Below are positions 12,590 through 24,924 of a stretch of 64,000 bases of DNA, one piece after another; position 1 is the stretch's first letter; each line of letters begins with the position of its first letter. A program made the translations under genes and the position numbers. Source of the stretch: Lama guanicoe (Eukaryota); the NCBI GenBank assembly GCA_013239625.1, contig MU054098.1, positions 1,085,568 to 1,149,567 of the forward strand, written 5' to 3'. Below the pieces are notes generated by a model that saw only the letters and a list, made by a program, of their open reading frames with translations, made no database searches and was not told the origin of the DNA.

Positions 12590-14400
12590 ATATATTACAT
12601 AAAAGTACACAAATCATAAGTCTATATAATATAATGAATTTTCACACAATAGACATACTTACGAAATCTCCACCCATATTAAGAAATAGAATGTTACCAG
12701 CATCCCAGAATCCCTTCTTATACCCACCTGCTCTCCAGATGGAACCATTATCTTGACTTATAACACCTCATTAATTTGCCTGTTTAAAAATTTTTGTATA
12801 AATTGAAGAATACAATACGTACTCTGCTGTGTTTGGCTTCTATTGGTCAACATTATTTTTGTGAGATGAATCAATGTCATTTTGAATATCAGTATTTTTT
12901 TATTTTCATTGCCATATAGCATTTTGTTATATGAATAGTCTACAAATTTTATCAGTTCTATTACTGAGGTATATTTGAGTTATTTTCAATTTTTGACTAT
13001 TTATATCATGCTGCTATGATCATTCTGGTACATGACTTTTGGTGTAAATTAGTATACACTTCATTTGAATATATACCTAGAAGTAGAAGTCTTAGATTAT
13101 AGGGGACACATCTGATCAGCTTTATCAAATACTACCAAACAGCTTTTCAAAGAGACTGCATCAATTTACACTAATTCATTATGGTATGAGAGTTCCAGTT
13201 GCTCCACTCCTCACCAACATGTGGTATTATCACTCTCTTTATTTTAATCATTATTTTGGGTGGGAATAGATATTTCACTATAATTTGAATTTGCACTTCT
13301 TTATACTTAATCAGGTTGAACAACTTTTCATATATTCGTTGAATTTTTAAGTATCATAATTTGTAAAGTACCTGTTCAAATCTTTTACTCGTTAATCTAT
13401 TGTGTTAGCTGCCTTTTTCAGATTGATTTGTAAGAATTTTCTATTTATTCTGGATGAGTCTTTTGCTTATTATAAATATTACAAATATCTTTTCCCACAC
13501 TGTGGCTTCCCTTTTCACACTATTAGTTGTGATTTAGAGGAATATTCTTAGTTTTAATAAATTCCAATTTATCATTTATTTCCTTCAGTGCTAATATATT
13601 TTGTGTTCTGTTTAAGAATTCCTTGCCTTTCCTAAGGTCATGAACATATTCTCCTCCGTTATCTACTAGAGGCCTTATTGTTTTACCTTTCATATTAAGA
13701 GCTACAATCTACCAGGAATGTGTTTTGGTATATTGTAGGAATAAACATCCATTTTGTTCTCAATGCAGAAATCCAAATTTTCTACTGCCATTATTTTTAA
13801 AGCACAGTTCTTTGCAGACTAGGATGCATTGTTACCTTTAACATTCACTGGTCCATTTCTAGATTGTTTATTTTGTGTCATTGGTCTAATTGTATATTTT
13901 TCCACTAATGCCACAATGGTTCAATTCCTATACTTTTGAAATAAGCCTTAATATCCCACAGAATATTCTCAAACTTATTTTTTCTTAAGATTATCTTAGC
14001 TATTCTTAGACTTTTGCCATTTCCATGTAATTTTAGAATCAGTTTTCCATACCCATACACAAAAATAACTTTCATGATCTTAACGAAGATTACATTGAAA
14101 CTATAGACTTGCTTTTTACAAATTGACATTTTTTTTTACAATATTGAGTTTTCTAATCCAAGAACAAGATTTATGCCTCACTTTATACGTTTTCTTTAAT
14201 TTGTCTAAGTTTCAACTTATTCTCTGTGCTAATGTTGTGTACAATTTTTGATAAATTTATTTTTAACATTTAGTACAATTTTCAGTTTTCATGTATTTGT
14301 GTATGTCTATTTGTTATATTTTATATTTATATTTGTTCATTCAGTGACCCTTGTGAATCATTTATTAATTCTAGTATTTTATCTGTCTTGTATATATCCT
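12590..14400 (-). mobile_element. L1M LINE, 3' UTR plus ORF2 C-terminal half
   Basis: ORF 13905-14129 (GKLILKLHGNGKSLRIAKIILRKNK...DIKAYFKSIGIEPLWH) resembles L1 ORF2 'DKLILKFIWK..PRIAKTILKK'; T-rich plus strand. Confidence 0.85.
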
Positions 14401-15344
14401 TGCAATAAATTTTCTTAGGTTTTGTTTTTCTGAAAAAAATTAATTCTCCCTTATTTGGGAAAGAAATTTCACTTGGTATAAATTCCTAGATTTGAATTTT
14501 TGTTGTTGTTGTTCATTTTACAAACGTCCTTAAAATGTCTCTAGCTTGGATAGTTTGCTAACCCTTGAACTAACTAGCACATTTAATATGTTAATTATAG
14601 GTATTTTAACTTTCTTGTCTCTGGTTCTTAAAGTGAGCATACCAATTTCTTTTTCTAGGATGAGCTGAGTTTGAATTTGGTCATTGTGTACTCTCAGTGT
14701 AGCAATCTCCAAATTCCTCTGGTGTTTGTTGCCTTCCGCTTAGGATGGGGTTGCTTAGGATTAGAGGTTTTTTCAGTGTTTGTTCCACTCTCCAATTTCT
14801 AGTTTCCATTAGCACCTGTACCGCAGAGATCCATCTCTCCTGTTCTTGCCTCTGTACTAACATAGAAACTGGCATTGAATGAGAGATTTGGGCATTCCTG
14901 TATTTCAGGAAAGTTTGTTTATACTATTACTCTAACATTTTAAAAATATAATCTTGTTCCCTTCTTCAGGTATATAAATTGTGTATATGTGGGAACTCAA
15001 CAGTCATAATTAGCTAACACGTCCTATAGGAATGTTAAAAATCTTTCTTTTTTTCTATTTCATTTTTATCCTTTCCTTACACCAGCTCTTTCATGTCCTT
15101 GACTGTGTTTTCAGCTATATCTGTTACTGTTTGCTGCTTGTTACCTAGCTTTCATTTTAGTAATACTTTTTTCTCTTTTTCTTCCTATTTTCTACCAGCT
15201 CATAGCTTTAAGTCTTTTAAAAAAATCATCTCTTTAGAACCCTTAAATATCTCCTTTGAGATCTTATTTCAAATGAATTGATTATTTTTAAATTGATATA
15301 ACAGAAGTTTTTCATTTGATATATTCTATATATGTCTGTTAGAA

Positions 15345-15902
15345 ATACTATATGATCCAGCAATTCCACTTCTGGGTATATGTCCCCCAAAAGTGAAAAC
15401 AGGCACTCAGACACATATTTGTGCACTCATATTGGTAGCAGCATTACTTCCAACAGCCAAAAGGTGGAAGCAATCCAAGTGCCCATCAGTATATTGAATG
15501 AATAAATAAAAAATGGTACATACATACAGTAGAATATTATTTAACTTTAAAAAGGACTGGGATTCTGACACATGCTAAAATACAAAGGAACCTTGAGGAC
15601 ATTATGATAAGTGAAATAAGCCAGATACAAAAGGACAAATATTATATGATTCCAATAATAGAGATACCTAGACTAGTTCAATTTATAGAGAAAGAAAATA
15701 GAATAGAGGTTATCAGGTGCTGAGAAGAAGAAATGGGGAGTCATTTCTTAATAGGTACAGAGTTTCAGTTTGGGATAATGAAAATGTTCTAGAGATGGGT
15801 AGTGGTGAGAGTTGCACAACAACGTGGATGTGCTTACTGCTCTGAACTAGGTATTTAAGCTTAGCTAAAATGGTAAATTGTAGGTTTAGGTTTACCACAA
15901 TG
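15345..15902 (+). mobile_element. L1MB-like LINE 3' end
   Basis: 'tatgatccagcaattccacttctgggtatat', 'gaaccttgaggacattatgataagtgaaataagccag', 'agagtttcagtttgggataatgaaaatgttctagagatgg'. Confidence 0.9.
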
Positions 15903-15966
15903 ATAGGAAGTCAGTCTTTAGGTCAAGATTGTAACCATGAATTGTGATTGGCAGTATAAATAGTAG

Positions 15967-16612
15967 TGAGAAAGATTCTCTGCTTGGCCAAACTCTAGTC
16001 AGGCTTCTCTGAGCCCTCCTATGAACTAGGCCTCAATCTTAGCCTACAAAGACTGCACAAATGATTTTTGTCCACACCTTCCACATATTATGACACTGAC
16101 GTGCTACCTACTGCACTAACGAGGCACCTCACACCTTCCACATATTAAAGGAATTGGAAAAACTCTAGCATAGTTTCTAACAGCTCAAGGCTGCAGCTCT
16201 AGGATGGTGACTCCAGCCTACTTAAGTTCCTATCTGGGAAAGCTTAAGGCCACCAAAAGAATTTGTTTGTTCTAGCCAACACCTGAAGACAGGGCTCCTA
16301 TCTCCCCATCTCTGTGGGAGGGTAAGAGCCTAACATTGATAAGCACCAATTTAAAAACCCAGAAGATACAATTACATTAACCATCCCCCTTTCCCACTTC
16401 TTATAAATTTCTACTTCCTTGAATCTACTCAAGCCCCCACTATACTTCCTCCCCATTTCCTCATTATCCCTTTAAAATGCTCAGCCACTTTCGCCCAAAT
16501 GGAAGTTGAATTCAGCTCATGCTCAAGTCTTTTCCCTATTGCAACAGTATTACTGAATAAAATCTGTCCTTATCTCTTTAACTAGTAGTGTCTGCTTTGT
16601 TTATCTTTGACA
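15967..16612 (+). mobile_element. ERV1-class solo LTR (MER67/MER31-like)
   Basis: TG...CA termini, 'ccaaactctagtcaggcttctctgagccctc' start, AATAAA at ~16556, imperfect 4-bp TSD gtag/gtaa; interrupts a MIR. Confidence 0.8.
16087..16125 (-). pseudogene. Tailless retropseudogene: 5' half of elongator tRNA-Met(CAT)
   Basis: Minus strand reads GCCTCGTTAGTGCAGTAGGTAGCACGTCAGTGTCATAAT, 36/39 identical by eye to the recalled mammalian tRNA-Met 5' half GCCTCGTTAGCGCAGTAGGTAGCGCGTCAGTCTCATAAT. Flanked by perfect 18-bp direct repeats at 16073-16090 and 16130-16147. Confidence 0.9.
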
Positions 16613-16850
16613 GTAATTAAGAGCATGGAGTGTAGCCAGACAACCTCCTTTCAAATACCAGCAGAGCCACTGGTTGTAGAACCTTGGTCAAGTCACATGC
16701 CTCCTTTGTATCTCATCTTCCTCATCAGAACATAGGAATAATAATAATAGGTTTAAAGACAGGATTACATGAGCTAATTCATATAATGAACTTAGAACAG
16801 TGCCTGGCACATGGTGAAGGGTACATTGATGGTTTCACTTATCACTATCA
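16613..16850 (+). mobile_element. MIR SINE (5' end at ~15950-15966, split by the LTR)
   Basis: 'ttaagagcatggagt...accttggtcaagtcac...cttagaacagtgcctggcacatggt'. Confidence 0.75.
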
Positions 16851-17029
16851 CTGTTCCTCAGCAACCTGCTTCATAAAAATTGGCAGAAAATTGACAAAGG
16901 GGAAATATCTGCATAAATATCTGCAATATTTATATAAAACAGTGGGTTATATAAAAAATTCTCTTAAGTACAAAATAAATAAAAGTTCTGATAAAAATAA
17001 CTGTAAAAAGGAACAGATAATTCATAAGA

Positions 17030-17665
17030 AAAGCAAAAATTTGTCAAATATATGAAAAGATCTTTGACCAATCAAAGAAATGCAAAAGACAAACAAAAAC
17101 AAAAATAGAATAAAACAAAACAAAAAAAAACCCAGGAAGGAGGTGTCATTTGTCCTTTATGAGCCTGGCAAGGGTGGAAGAATAAAAAAGAAAATTAAAA
17201 TATCCAGTATTGGTACAAAATAGTAAAACTTTCCAAAAAGCAAGCTGTCAATAAGTGTAAAAAGTCTCATATATGTATATATACTCACAAGGCAATTCCC
17301 CTTCTAGGAACATATCTTCAGAAAAGTAACAGGAAAAAGGAAAAAAAATATGTATAAAAATAGTAGTCTTTGCAATGCAAAAATAAATTAGGAATAATGT
17401 AAATGCTCCTCTGTAAAGGTTTGGTTGAATAAATCATGCTATTTCTACAAAAGAGAATATTAGAAAACTATTTACAAATTATGTTGTTTTATTTATTAGG
17501 TTAAAGTCATTGATTAGAGAAAATGTCCACAACACAATGATGCATGAAAAAAGCAGACTGTGAAACAACATGTAAAATGTGGCAGCATTTCACTGGCTTA
17601 AAAAGATAATGTTTCAGTTTCTTGTATCATTTGAAATTTTATAAGCATTTATTTTTGTAAACTGA
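17030..17665 (+). mobile_element. Degraded L1ME-like 3' fragment
   Basis: 'gcaattccccttctaggaacatatctt', 'ttggttgaataaatcatgctattt'. Confidence 0.6.
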
Positions 17666-18084
17666 AAAAAAAACTTCAAGTGAGAAAATTGGCTCCGTCT
17701 TGGGAAGTAGTGGATGAAAAGCAAGTATAGAGTTTTTAGGACAAAAGCAGTGAGATCAAAGCAGCACCTGCAAAAAGCTCACTTCCTCAGCATTATGTAA
17801 TAGGAATAATGGTTTGACCATCCCACTGGAGTTTGGTTAGAAATTTACCTATGTCCTTAGGAAAATTTGGAGAGACCATGGTACTGGTCAAAACATAGCT
17901 TGGTTATTGACTAGGGCTAAGGATGAAAATAAAAGGACATAAAAAGGAGACTCTTTCTTCTTCAGCAGCCACCACTATTGGTGAATGATGATACTATTGG
18001 ATAGAGATTAACCTGAGGCAAATATATACTTTAAGTAATTTTAGGAGATGGATGAGAATGAATAAAGAGAACAATGCATTAGTA

Positions 18085-18200
18085 TAGTTAATCCTTACAA
18101 CAATCCTATGAGGTAAACATAATGATTTTTTTCCTATTATCTAGATAAGGAAACTGAAGTACAGAGAAGACAGGTACTCTCCCAAGGTCATACAATTACT
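18085..18200 (-). mobile_element. MIR SINE fragment
   Basis: 'taatccttacaacaatcctatgaggta...agataaggaaactgaagtacagaga...cccaaggtcatac'. Confidence 0.75.
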
Positions 18201-18302
18201 TATTAAAACCCTAGCCTGAGGTGTTCAGAATGTATATATACCAGATATATACCAGTGCTTCTCAAATTTAATTTGTAGCATGTGAAGGAATGGGAATATT
18301 GG

Positions 18303-18652
18303 CAGAAGTCATAAACAGGTGGTCCAGAGGCAGATCCAGCTTGTAAGTTGTTTTGTTTAGCCAACATAGTGTTTTCTGTTTGCTTATTTTATTTCACTTT
18401 GTTTTAAAAATATAGCAGATTTTAAATTCACAAAATTCAACACAATATTTCAGATCACCAGTTGTTGTTTTTTATTTTGCTTTTTTTTTTGGAAAAAAAT
18501 CAGAAGATCTGGGAATACTCATATCTGCACAACAGCCATGTGTCAGGTTTGAGCTGAGCCAGTCCTCTTTAGAAGAGGCACGCAACCTCCACCCAGCCTG
18601 CCTCACTCCTTTTACCATCTGCTCGGCCATATTGGAATTTATGGAATCTGCT
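18303..18652. mobile_element. hAT-Charlie non-autonomous element (MER102/MER58C-like)
   Basis: 'ggcagatccagcttg...tgttttgtttagccaacatagtgtttt...aaaatcagaagatctggg...gagctgagc...cctctttagaagaggca'. Confidence 0.6.
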
Positions 18653-19064
18653 ATAGAACAAACAAAGACCTTTAAAAAGTACCCATAATCGTATGTAAAG
18701 GTTAAAATATGACTATTTATTCTTTTGTTACCTAGATATGACTGTTGTCAGTTGAGGATAGACATGATTCCAACTAAGTCTGGAATACATCTTGCCATTT
18801 TCTATATCCCAACAAAATCTACTCTAGTAGCAATATTACCAAATTGAAATTTTGCTGATGATTTGTTAGGGGAGTGGAGGTTAGAGTTACATCACACCTC
18901 AAGAAGAAAATTATAAAGTATCAAAGAGGTATTTCTGTTATTTCTCCAAAGTTCTCTTTCAACAACACCCTTATCCTGCAGACCCATAGTTCAGCTGGTC
19001 TACCTGCCTGGCTTTAGCCTCCCAAATCAAGCATACCTAACCCCCAAGAGTTCTCTCTTTTCTT

Positions 19065-20479
19065 TTTTTTTTTTTAAATTGGAATATAGTTGAGGTATGA
19101 TAATATGTTAGTTTCAGGTGTACTACAAACTGATTTTACATTTTCATCCATTATGATGATCACAGTAAGTCTAGTAACCATCTGTCCCCATATAAAGTTA
19201 TTGCAATATCACTGATCATATTACTTATGCTATACATTACATCTATGTGGCTTATTTATTTTCAAACTAGACATTTGTACCTCTTTATCCCCTTCACCTA
19301 TTTTCCCCATCCCAGCGCCCTCCCCTCTGGCAACCACCCATTTGTTCTCTGTCTCTATGAGTCTCTTTTTGTTTTTCTTTCTTTCTTTGTTTTTTAGATT
19401 TCACATATATCATACGCTATTTGTATTTCTGTCTGACTTATTTCACTTAGCATAACACCATCCAGGTCCGTCCATGTTTGTTGCAAATGGTAATATTTCA
19501 TTTTTAATGACTGAGTAATATTCCATCGTGAGTATGTATATATAAATGTGTGTGTGGTGTGCATGTGTGTGCATATATATATACACATATATACATATAT
19601 ATACACACACACACATGCTACATTTTCTTTATCCATTCATCTATCAATGGACACTTAGATTGCTTCCATATCTTGGCTATTGTAAATAATGCTTCAATGA
19701 ACATTGGTGTGCATATATCTTTTCAAATTAGTATTTTTTGTTTTCTCTGGGTAAATACCCAGAAGTGGAATTGTTGGATTATCCATAGTTGTATTTTTAA
19801 TTTTTTGAGGAACTTTCATACTGTTTTCCATTGTGACTGCACCAAATTATAATCCCACTAACAATGTATGAGGGTCCCATTTCTCACATCCTCACCAACA
19901 CTTATTTTTACTTGTCTTTTTGATGATAGCCATCCTGACAGTTGTGAGGTGATATCTCTTTGTGGTTTTAATTTGCATTTCCCTGATGATCAGTGATGTT
20001 GACTATCTCTTCATGTGTCTTTTGGCTGTCTGTATGTCTTCTTTGGAAAAATAACTATTCAGATCCCCTGCCCAGTTTTTAATCTGGTTGTTTGCTTTGC
20101 TGATGTTGAGTTATGAGTTTTTGTATATTTTGGATATTAACCCCTTATTGGACATATTGTTTGCAAATATCTTTTCCCATTCTATAGGCTGCCTTTTCAT
20201 TTTGTTGATAGTTTCCTTCACTGTGCAAAAACTTTTTCATTTGATGTAGTCCTACTTATTTATTTTTGCTTTTGTTACTTGTGTTTTGGGTGTCATATCC
20301 ATAAAATCATTGCTAAGGCTAATATCAAGGAGCTTTTCCCTATGTTTTCTTCTAGGAGTTTTATGGTTTCAGGTCTTACACTTAAGTCTCTAATGCATTT
20401 CAAGTTTATGTTTGTATATATGTGAAAAAGAAGTCCAGTTTCATTCTTTTGCATGTAACTGACCAGTTTTCACAACAAA
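19065..20479 (-). mobile_element. 5'-truncated L1 (L1MA9-like lineage) with poly(A) and TSD
   Basis: Poly-T at the left end, L1 3' UTR and ORF2 C-terminus antisense, 14-bp TSD ttctctcttttctt (19051-19064) / ttctcccttttctt (20480-20493). Confidence 0.93.
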
Positions 20480-20699
20480 TTCTCCCTTTTCTTATCCAGA
20501 ACAATTTAGCTCTTTTTTATTTTTTTAACTTCACAATTACAATGTAACTGTTAACAAAAGGATGACCTTAGGATCAACTCTCCTTAGAAGTTGCAGAATG
20601 GTTATAAATAATAAATTATTTATCCTCAGTTATAATTCTTTTCCTTTTACATTTGTATTTTAATCCCCCCAAACTCATGCCTATTCTACACCATTTAGG

Positions 20700-20900
20700 C
20701 AGCAGTAGACTGGAAAAAAAGAGAACTACATTTTAACTCTGATTCTGCCACTTGCTAATTAGATTACTTAGGGTCAGTTACATACATACTAGGTTCCCAC
20801 ATTTTTCATTTGTAAAATGAGAATACAATAAATGTACTTCCTATCTAACAGGGTTATTGTTAATATCAAGTACAGTTTATAACCCGAAAACATCTAGACA
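20700..20900 (+). mobile_element. MIR SINE
   Basis: 'ctctgattctgccacttgcta...catttttcatttgtaaaatgagaata...acagggttattgt'. Confidence 0.6.
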
Positions 20901-20974
20901 ATAAAAACTGTCATTTTTAAAGTGTATTTTAAAATATTCTGGAAGTTAGATTTTCATATTAAGAACACCTGTTC

Positions 20975-21170
20975 TTGAATACCTAGTATATATCAAGCAC
21001 TGTGCTGGATATTTTGTAAAAACTTTCTATTTTAATCATCTCTGCAATCCTTTGAAATAGTAGTGATATGCATTTTCCACCTAAAGAAACTGAAACTCAG
21101 ACAAGTTAAATAGCTTGCCAAAGGCCATCTGTCTGAGTCAGAAGCCCATGTTCTTTCAATGACACCACAT
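20975..21170 (-). mobile_element. MIR SINE
   Basis: 'aagaaactgaaactcagacaagttaaatagcttgccaaaggcca'. Confidence 0.7.
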
Positions 21171-23919
21171 TGTCATCCATCTATCAATTTGGAACTCTCT
21201 AGCTGTGTCTAGAGAGGATTACAAAATCATTTGGCCTTGCAAAAAACATTTTTGGATATTCAGGTACACAGCCTCAGGATTAAAAAGATTAAGTAGGCTG
21301 AGAATATATTATATCAAGTACTTAGTACTATTTAAGTACAGTAGTTAGTAGAAGTATGGTATTTATATAGCAATCAATTCTACTTACAGTCTTTTTCTAT
21401 TCAGTTTGACACCTATCATTTAATCCTGGCTTCTCGCAAACTAGGAAGCAACCACAGGAAATTAGACTCCAGGAGGGTCAGAACAAACTACTACTTACAC
21501 TGCATTGTTTTTATGCTGGAACAATACATTATGAACAAAAAAAAAATGATGGAGCTAGTAGATTTCATGAAGGTAGAAACTGAGCATTTGGAGCCTCCTA
21601 ATGACCACCAACACACCCATCCTATCCTGATTTTCTGTTTGATTTTCGTTTTTAAATGATCTTGAGCTAACATGGCAACACAGCCTCCAGTGTGCCCACA
21701 TGTGCCCTCCTCTTCTTTGAAGAGGTTCTCTGTAATGCTCTTTGAGGGGCAGCATTACAACAGGACAGAATGATTTAGCAAAAAGAACTGAAAAGAAACC
21801 CTCTTGGGTTTTTTCCAATGTGAGAGAAGAGAGATTTGCAAGTAAAAAAATGAATGTTCATTTCTCCTCACTAAGTGAAAACTGAGTTTCCGATTTGATT
21901 GACAATGTTGTGATATCAAAATAAAATTGTTTGTGTGCTAAGATATGTTTCCTATTTCATTCTTCTAATAATACTTCTAGGACTCTCAATTCTATTTTGG
22001 CTGAAAGTTATAACAAAGAATCAAATAATAATTTGATTTTCCCACTCCCCTACCCCCAGCCATCTATTTTCTAATGCATGCATCATTAGGATATAAACTA
22101 AATCTCTTCAATGTTAAGACTGGAGAGGATAATATCTTTGATCAACCTGCTGGTGCTGTGAATTTGTTTGTGAAAAGTGGCCCCTTATTCAAGTTGAATC
22201 TGGGAAAACTCCCAAACATCGGCTAATTCAGTAGTTACAGGGCTGCACAGTCCTGAGGGGCCTGTGAATTTGGCAAGCATAAAGATGTAGAAGCAGGCCC
22301 AGATGGCTCCCTCTGGCCTGTGAACTGTCAGCCATCTCTGCTCTGCCTGCCTCAGGCTTGAGGCTAGTATATGGTCAAAGAAAGAAACAAGCACGATCAG
22401 CAGCAGTGACTTCAACATGTTGAAAAGAAGAAATCTAGTATTTCACATGGGGATCACAAGGGCATATGAAGAAGATAGAACCTCTTATAAGAAGACATAT
22501 CTAATACGCTAATGATAACAAGAGAGAAGCTGAATTGTGTCCTCTAAAATAAGAAAGTTAAAAGGGCTGTGGATGTGTTTATTTCCTGTAAAGATAATGG
22601 GAGTTAAAAATGAAGTATCGTCACAGGGATAATGGTCTCCTGTAACTACGTAAATGTCAAAGGGAAATCAGGATATCTATATTTCCTGAAAAATAACTGG
22701 ATTGATCCTTTGTGAAATTTTAGTGGCAAAGATTACTATTACGCCAAATGATAGATGTACACCAAGCCACTTGTCTGATGTATAGAGGCATATTTGAGTA
22801 ACAATTATACTGTAGTCTATTAACATTTCTCTAACAGAAAGGCACAAGGAATTACTACCTGCTGTGGCAATCAATTAACTCCAGGGCAGAAAAACAACAG
22901 ATTCAGTTATCTTGTTATTATTCTCCTTTTAGGGCATCTTACACACGCTAATACAAGGTATGACTATAAAAGAACAACATTAGTACTTAAATAAACACAC
23001 GAACATTGTTAAATTTCAATGAATTTTGTCCTCTCCAAGGTAATGATCTTGGCTGTACACATGATAGTTAATGGTTCCAAATTGTCCAGGACAGATAATC
23101 CAGATGTCCTATAATTTTATTATTCTCAGTAAAGTTAATTCATTAAAGATAGAATGCAACATCAACCTGAATGATTTTTAAGACTTTTCACAGATATTTA
23201 TAAATCAGGAAAAAATCCTTGATCAAATCATGTGTTGTGATTTGGAGTTCAGTAAAAATGGTTCCAGAAACTATGTAGTTATTCTAGCAATGTGTGGAAC
23301 TCTTTCTGGCAACTGTTACCAGAATCAGCTTATGAGTCACACAAGGAAATCACTGTTATTGCTTTATCACACTATGAGGTACGTTCCTACAGCTGAGCAT
23401 ACAAGCATCTCAGCATCCCATTTTCTTTGTCCAGGTTTCCTAAGCTGACTTATGAATAGAGTGCTTCCATATTAAACTGACATAATGAAATGTTGAAAAG
23501 AACATGACTGACATTCTTAGAGGTTTCATTACTAAAATGTTGAAAATGTTGAATTCTGAGGACAGTACTATGATGAGGTATAGTATATTACATTAAATGT
23601 AATGAAAGCTTTTATTCTAGGTGCTTAAAATACCCTCATTATTTCCACGTATGACTTCCCTATAGATCAATCAATTAATCTACAGGTATTAATGAGTGAA
23701 CTATTTGTGCCTAGTGCTGTGGTAGGTGCAGCAAACTAGTTTGCAGAAAGGCACTGTCAGTTACAATTTTAATAATGAGAAACAGATGAACTAAGAAATT
23801 AAATCATTAGCCAGAGTTCACATATTGACCCACTGGCAGTCCCAGCAGAGAAAGCCACTTTCCTAATCTTGGCTCAGTGATCTTCCATGAATAACTCTCT
23901 CTCTCTTTCACTCTGTGTG

Positions 23920-23921
<2 letters not shown>

Positions 23922-23962
<41 letters not shown>

Positions 23963-23982
23963 CCCTCCCTCCCTCCCTCCCT
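23922..23982. repeat. (CA)n followed by (CCCT)n microsatellite
   Basis: Directly visible. Confidence 0.95.
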
Positions 23983-24654
23983 AACCTATGTAGCTTTATT
24001 TTCTAAAGAATTTTAAACATTGGATGTTGATGGTTTTTGTTCTGATCCTACTGTCTCTACTTAAGGATGTTCAGTGTAGGGTATGGAGATGTAAGATGGG
24101 GGAGGGAGGGTAACATCATAGCATGATGTATTCTACGTCTGTTAAAGGGATAAAAAGACTGCAAATCCATAAATAACTCTATTGGGTTCACCTACTTGAA
24201 AGCATAAGAAGAGGCCTCTCCCATCTAGGTTGGCACAGGAAGATAGACAGTTGTCCACACAGAGAGGCTACTGACTGATCAGAAGAGAAAATGGAAAAGG
24301 CCAGATACTAAGAATGTAAGTTTGTATTTTACTTACCTGTGGCTAACAGGCACCCTGACATATCTGACACTTTGAATTTCTGGCTGAATGAGGTATCACT
24401 TATGGATCACTGAGGAAAGCAAGGGAAAAGGGTTGGGGCACGAGCTTCAGTCCCACGTCAGTCTAATGAAAAAGCCCAAATAAGCCTGAAGACAGAGGTG
24501 GTGGAATTACAAAATTTTCTGACAAGATGCCACAGGCAATTTTTCATAGCACTTCCAATCTATAGCTGTCCTAATCACTGTGATCTTTGGGTCCCAAAGA
24601 AAATGCTCATTTATTTTGGGTAAATGATCATAATGAACTATTATCAGCTGAATT

Positions 24655-24870
24655 TATTACTCCTTATGTGCAGGCACCATCTTGCTTATTTTAAATGCAT
24701 TCTATCAATTTATGCCCACATACTTTTCTGAGGTAGGTGCTATTACCCGTGTTCTATGATAAGGAAATTCAGGCTCAGAGAGTTGAAGCAACATGTCTTT
24801 GATCCCACTGCAAATTACTGATGGAACTAAAGCTCACAATTAGGTTGGTCTGGCTCCATTTTGTCCTCCT
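24655..24870 (-). mobile_element. MIR SINE
   Basis: 'tgaggtaggtgctattacccgtgtt...gataaggaaattcaggctcagagagttgaagcaac'. Confidence 0.75.
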
Positions 24871-24924
24871 AATGGCCCTGCAAGAAAAGTGAATGGAGAA
24901 ATGGAATCTCCTGCTCGACTCTTC

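Noticed and set aside
16073..16147. CRISPR-like repeat-spacer-repeat unit
   Set aside because: Only two repeats, in mammalian DNA with no cas genes; explained as a TSD around a tRNA fragment
16684..17055. 123-aa ORF
   Set aside because: Runs through MIR and L1 remnants; a chance open frame
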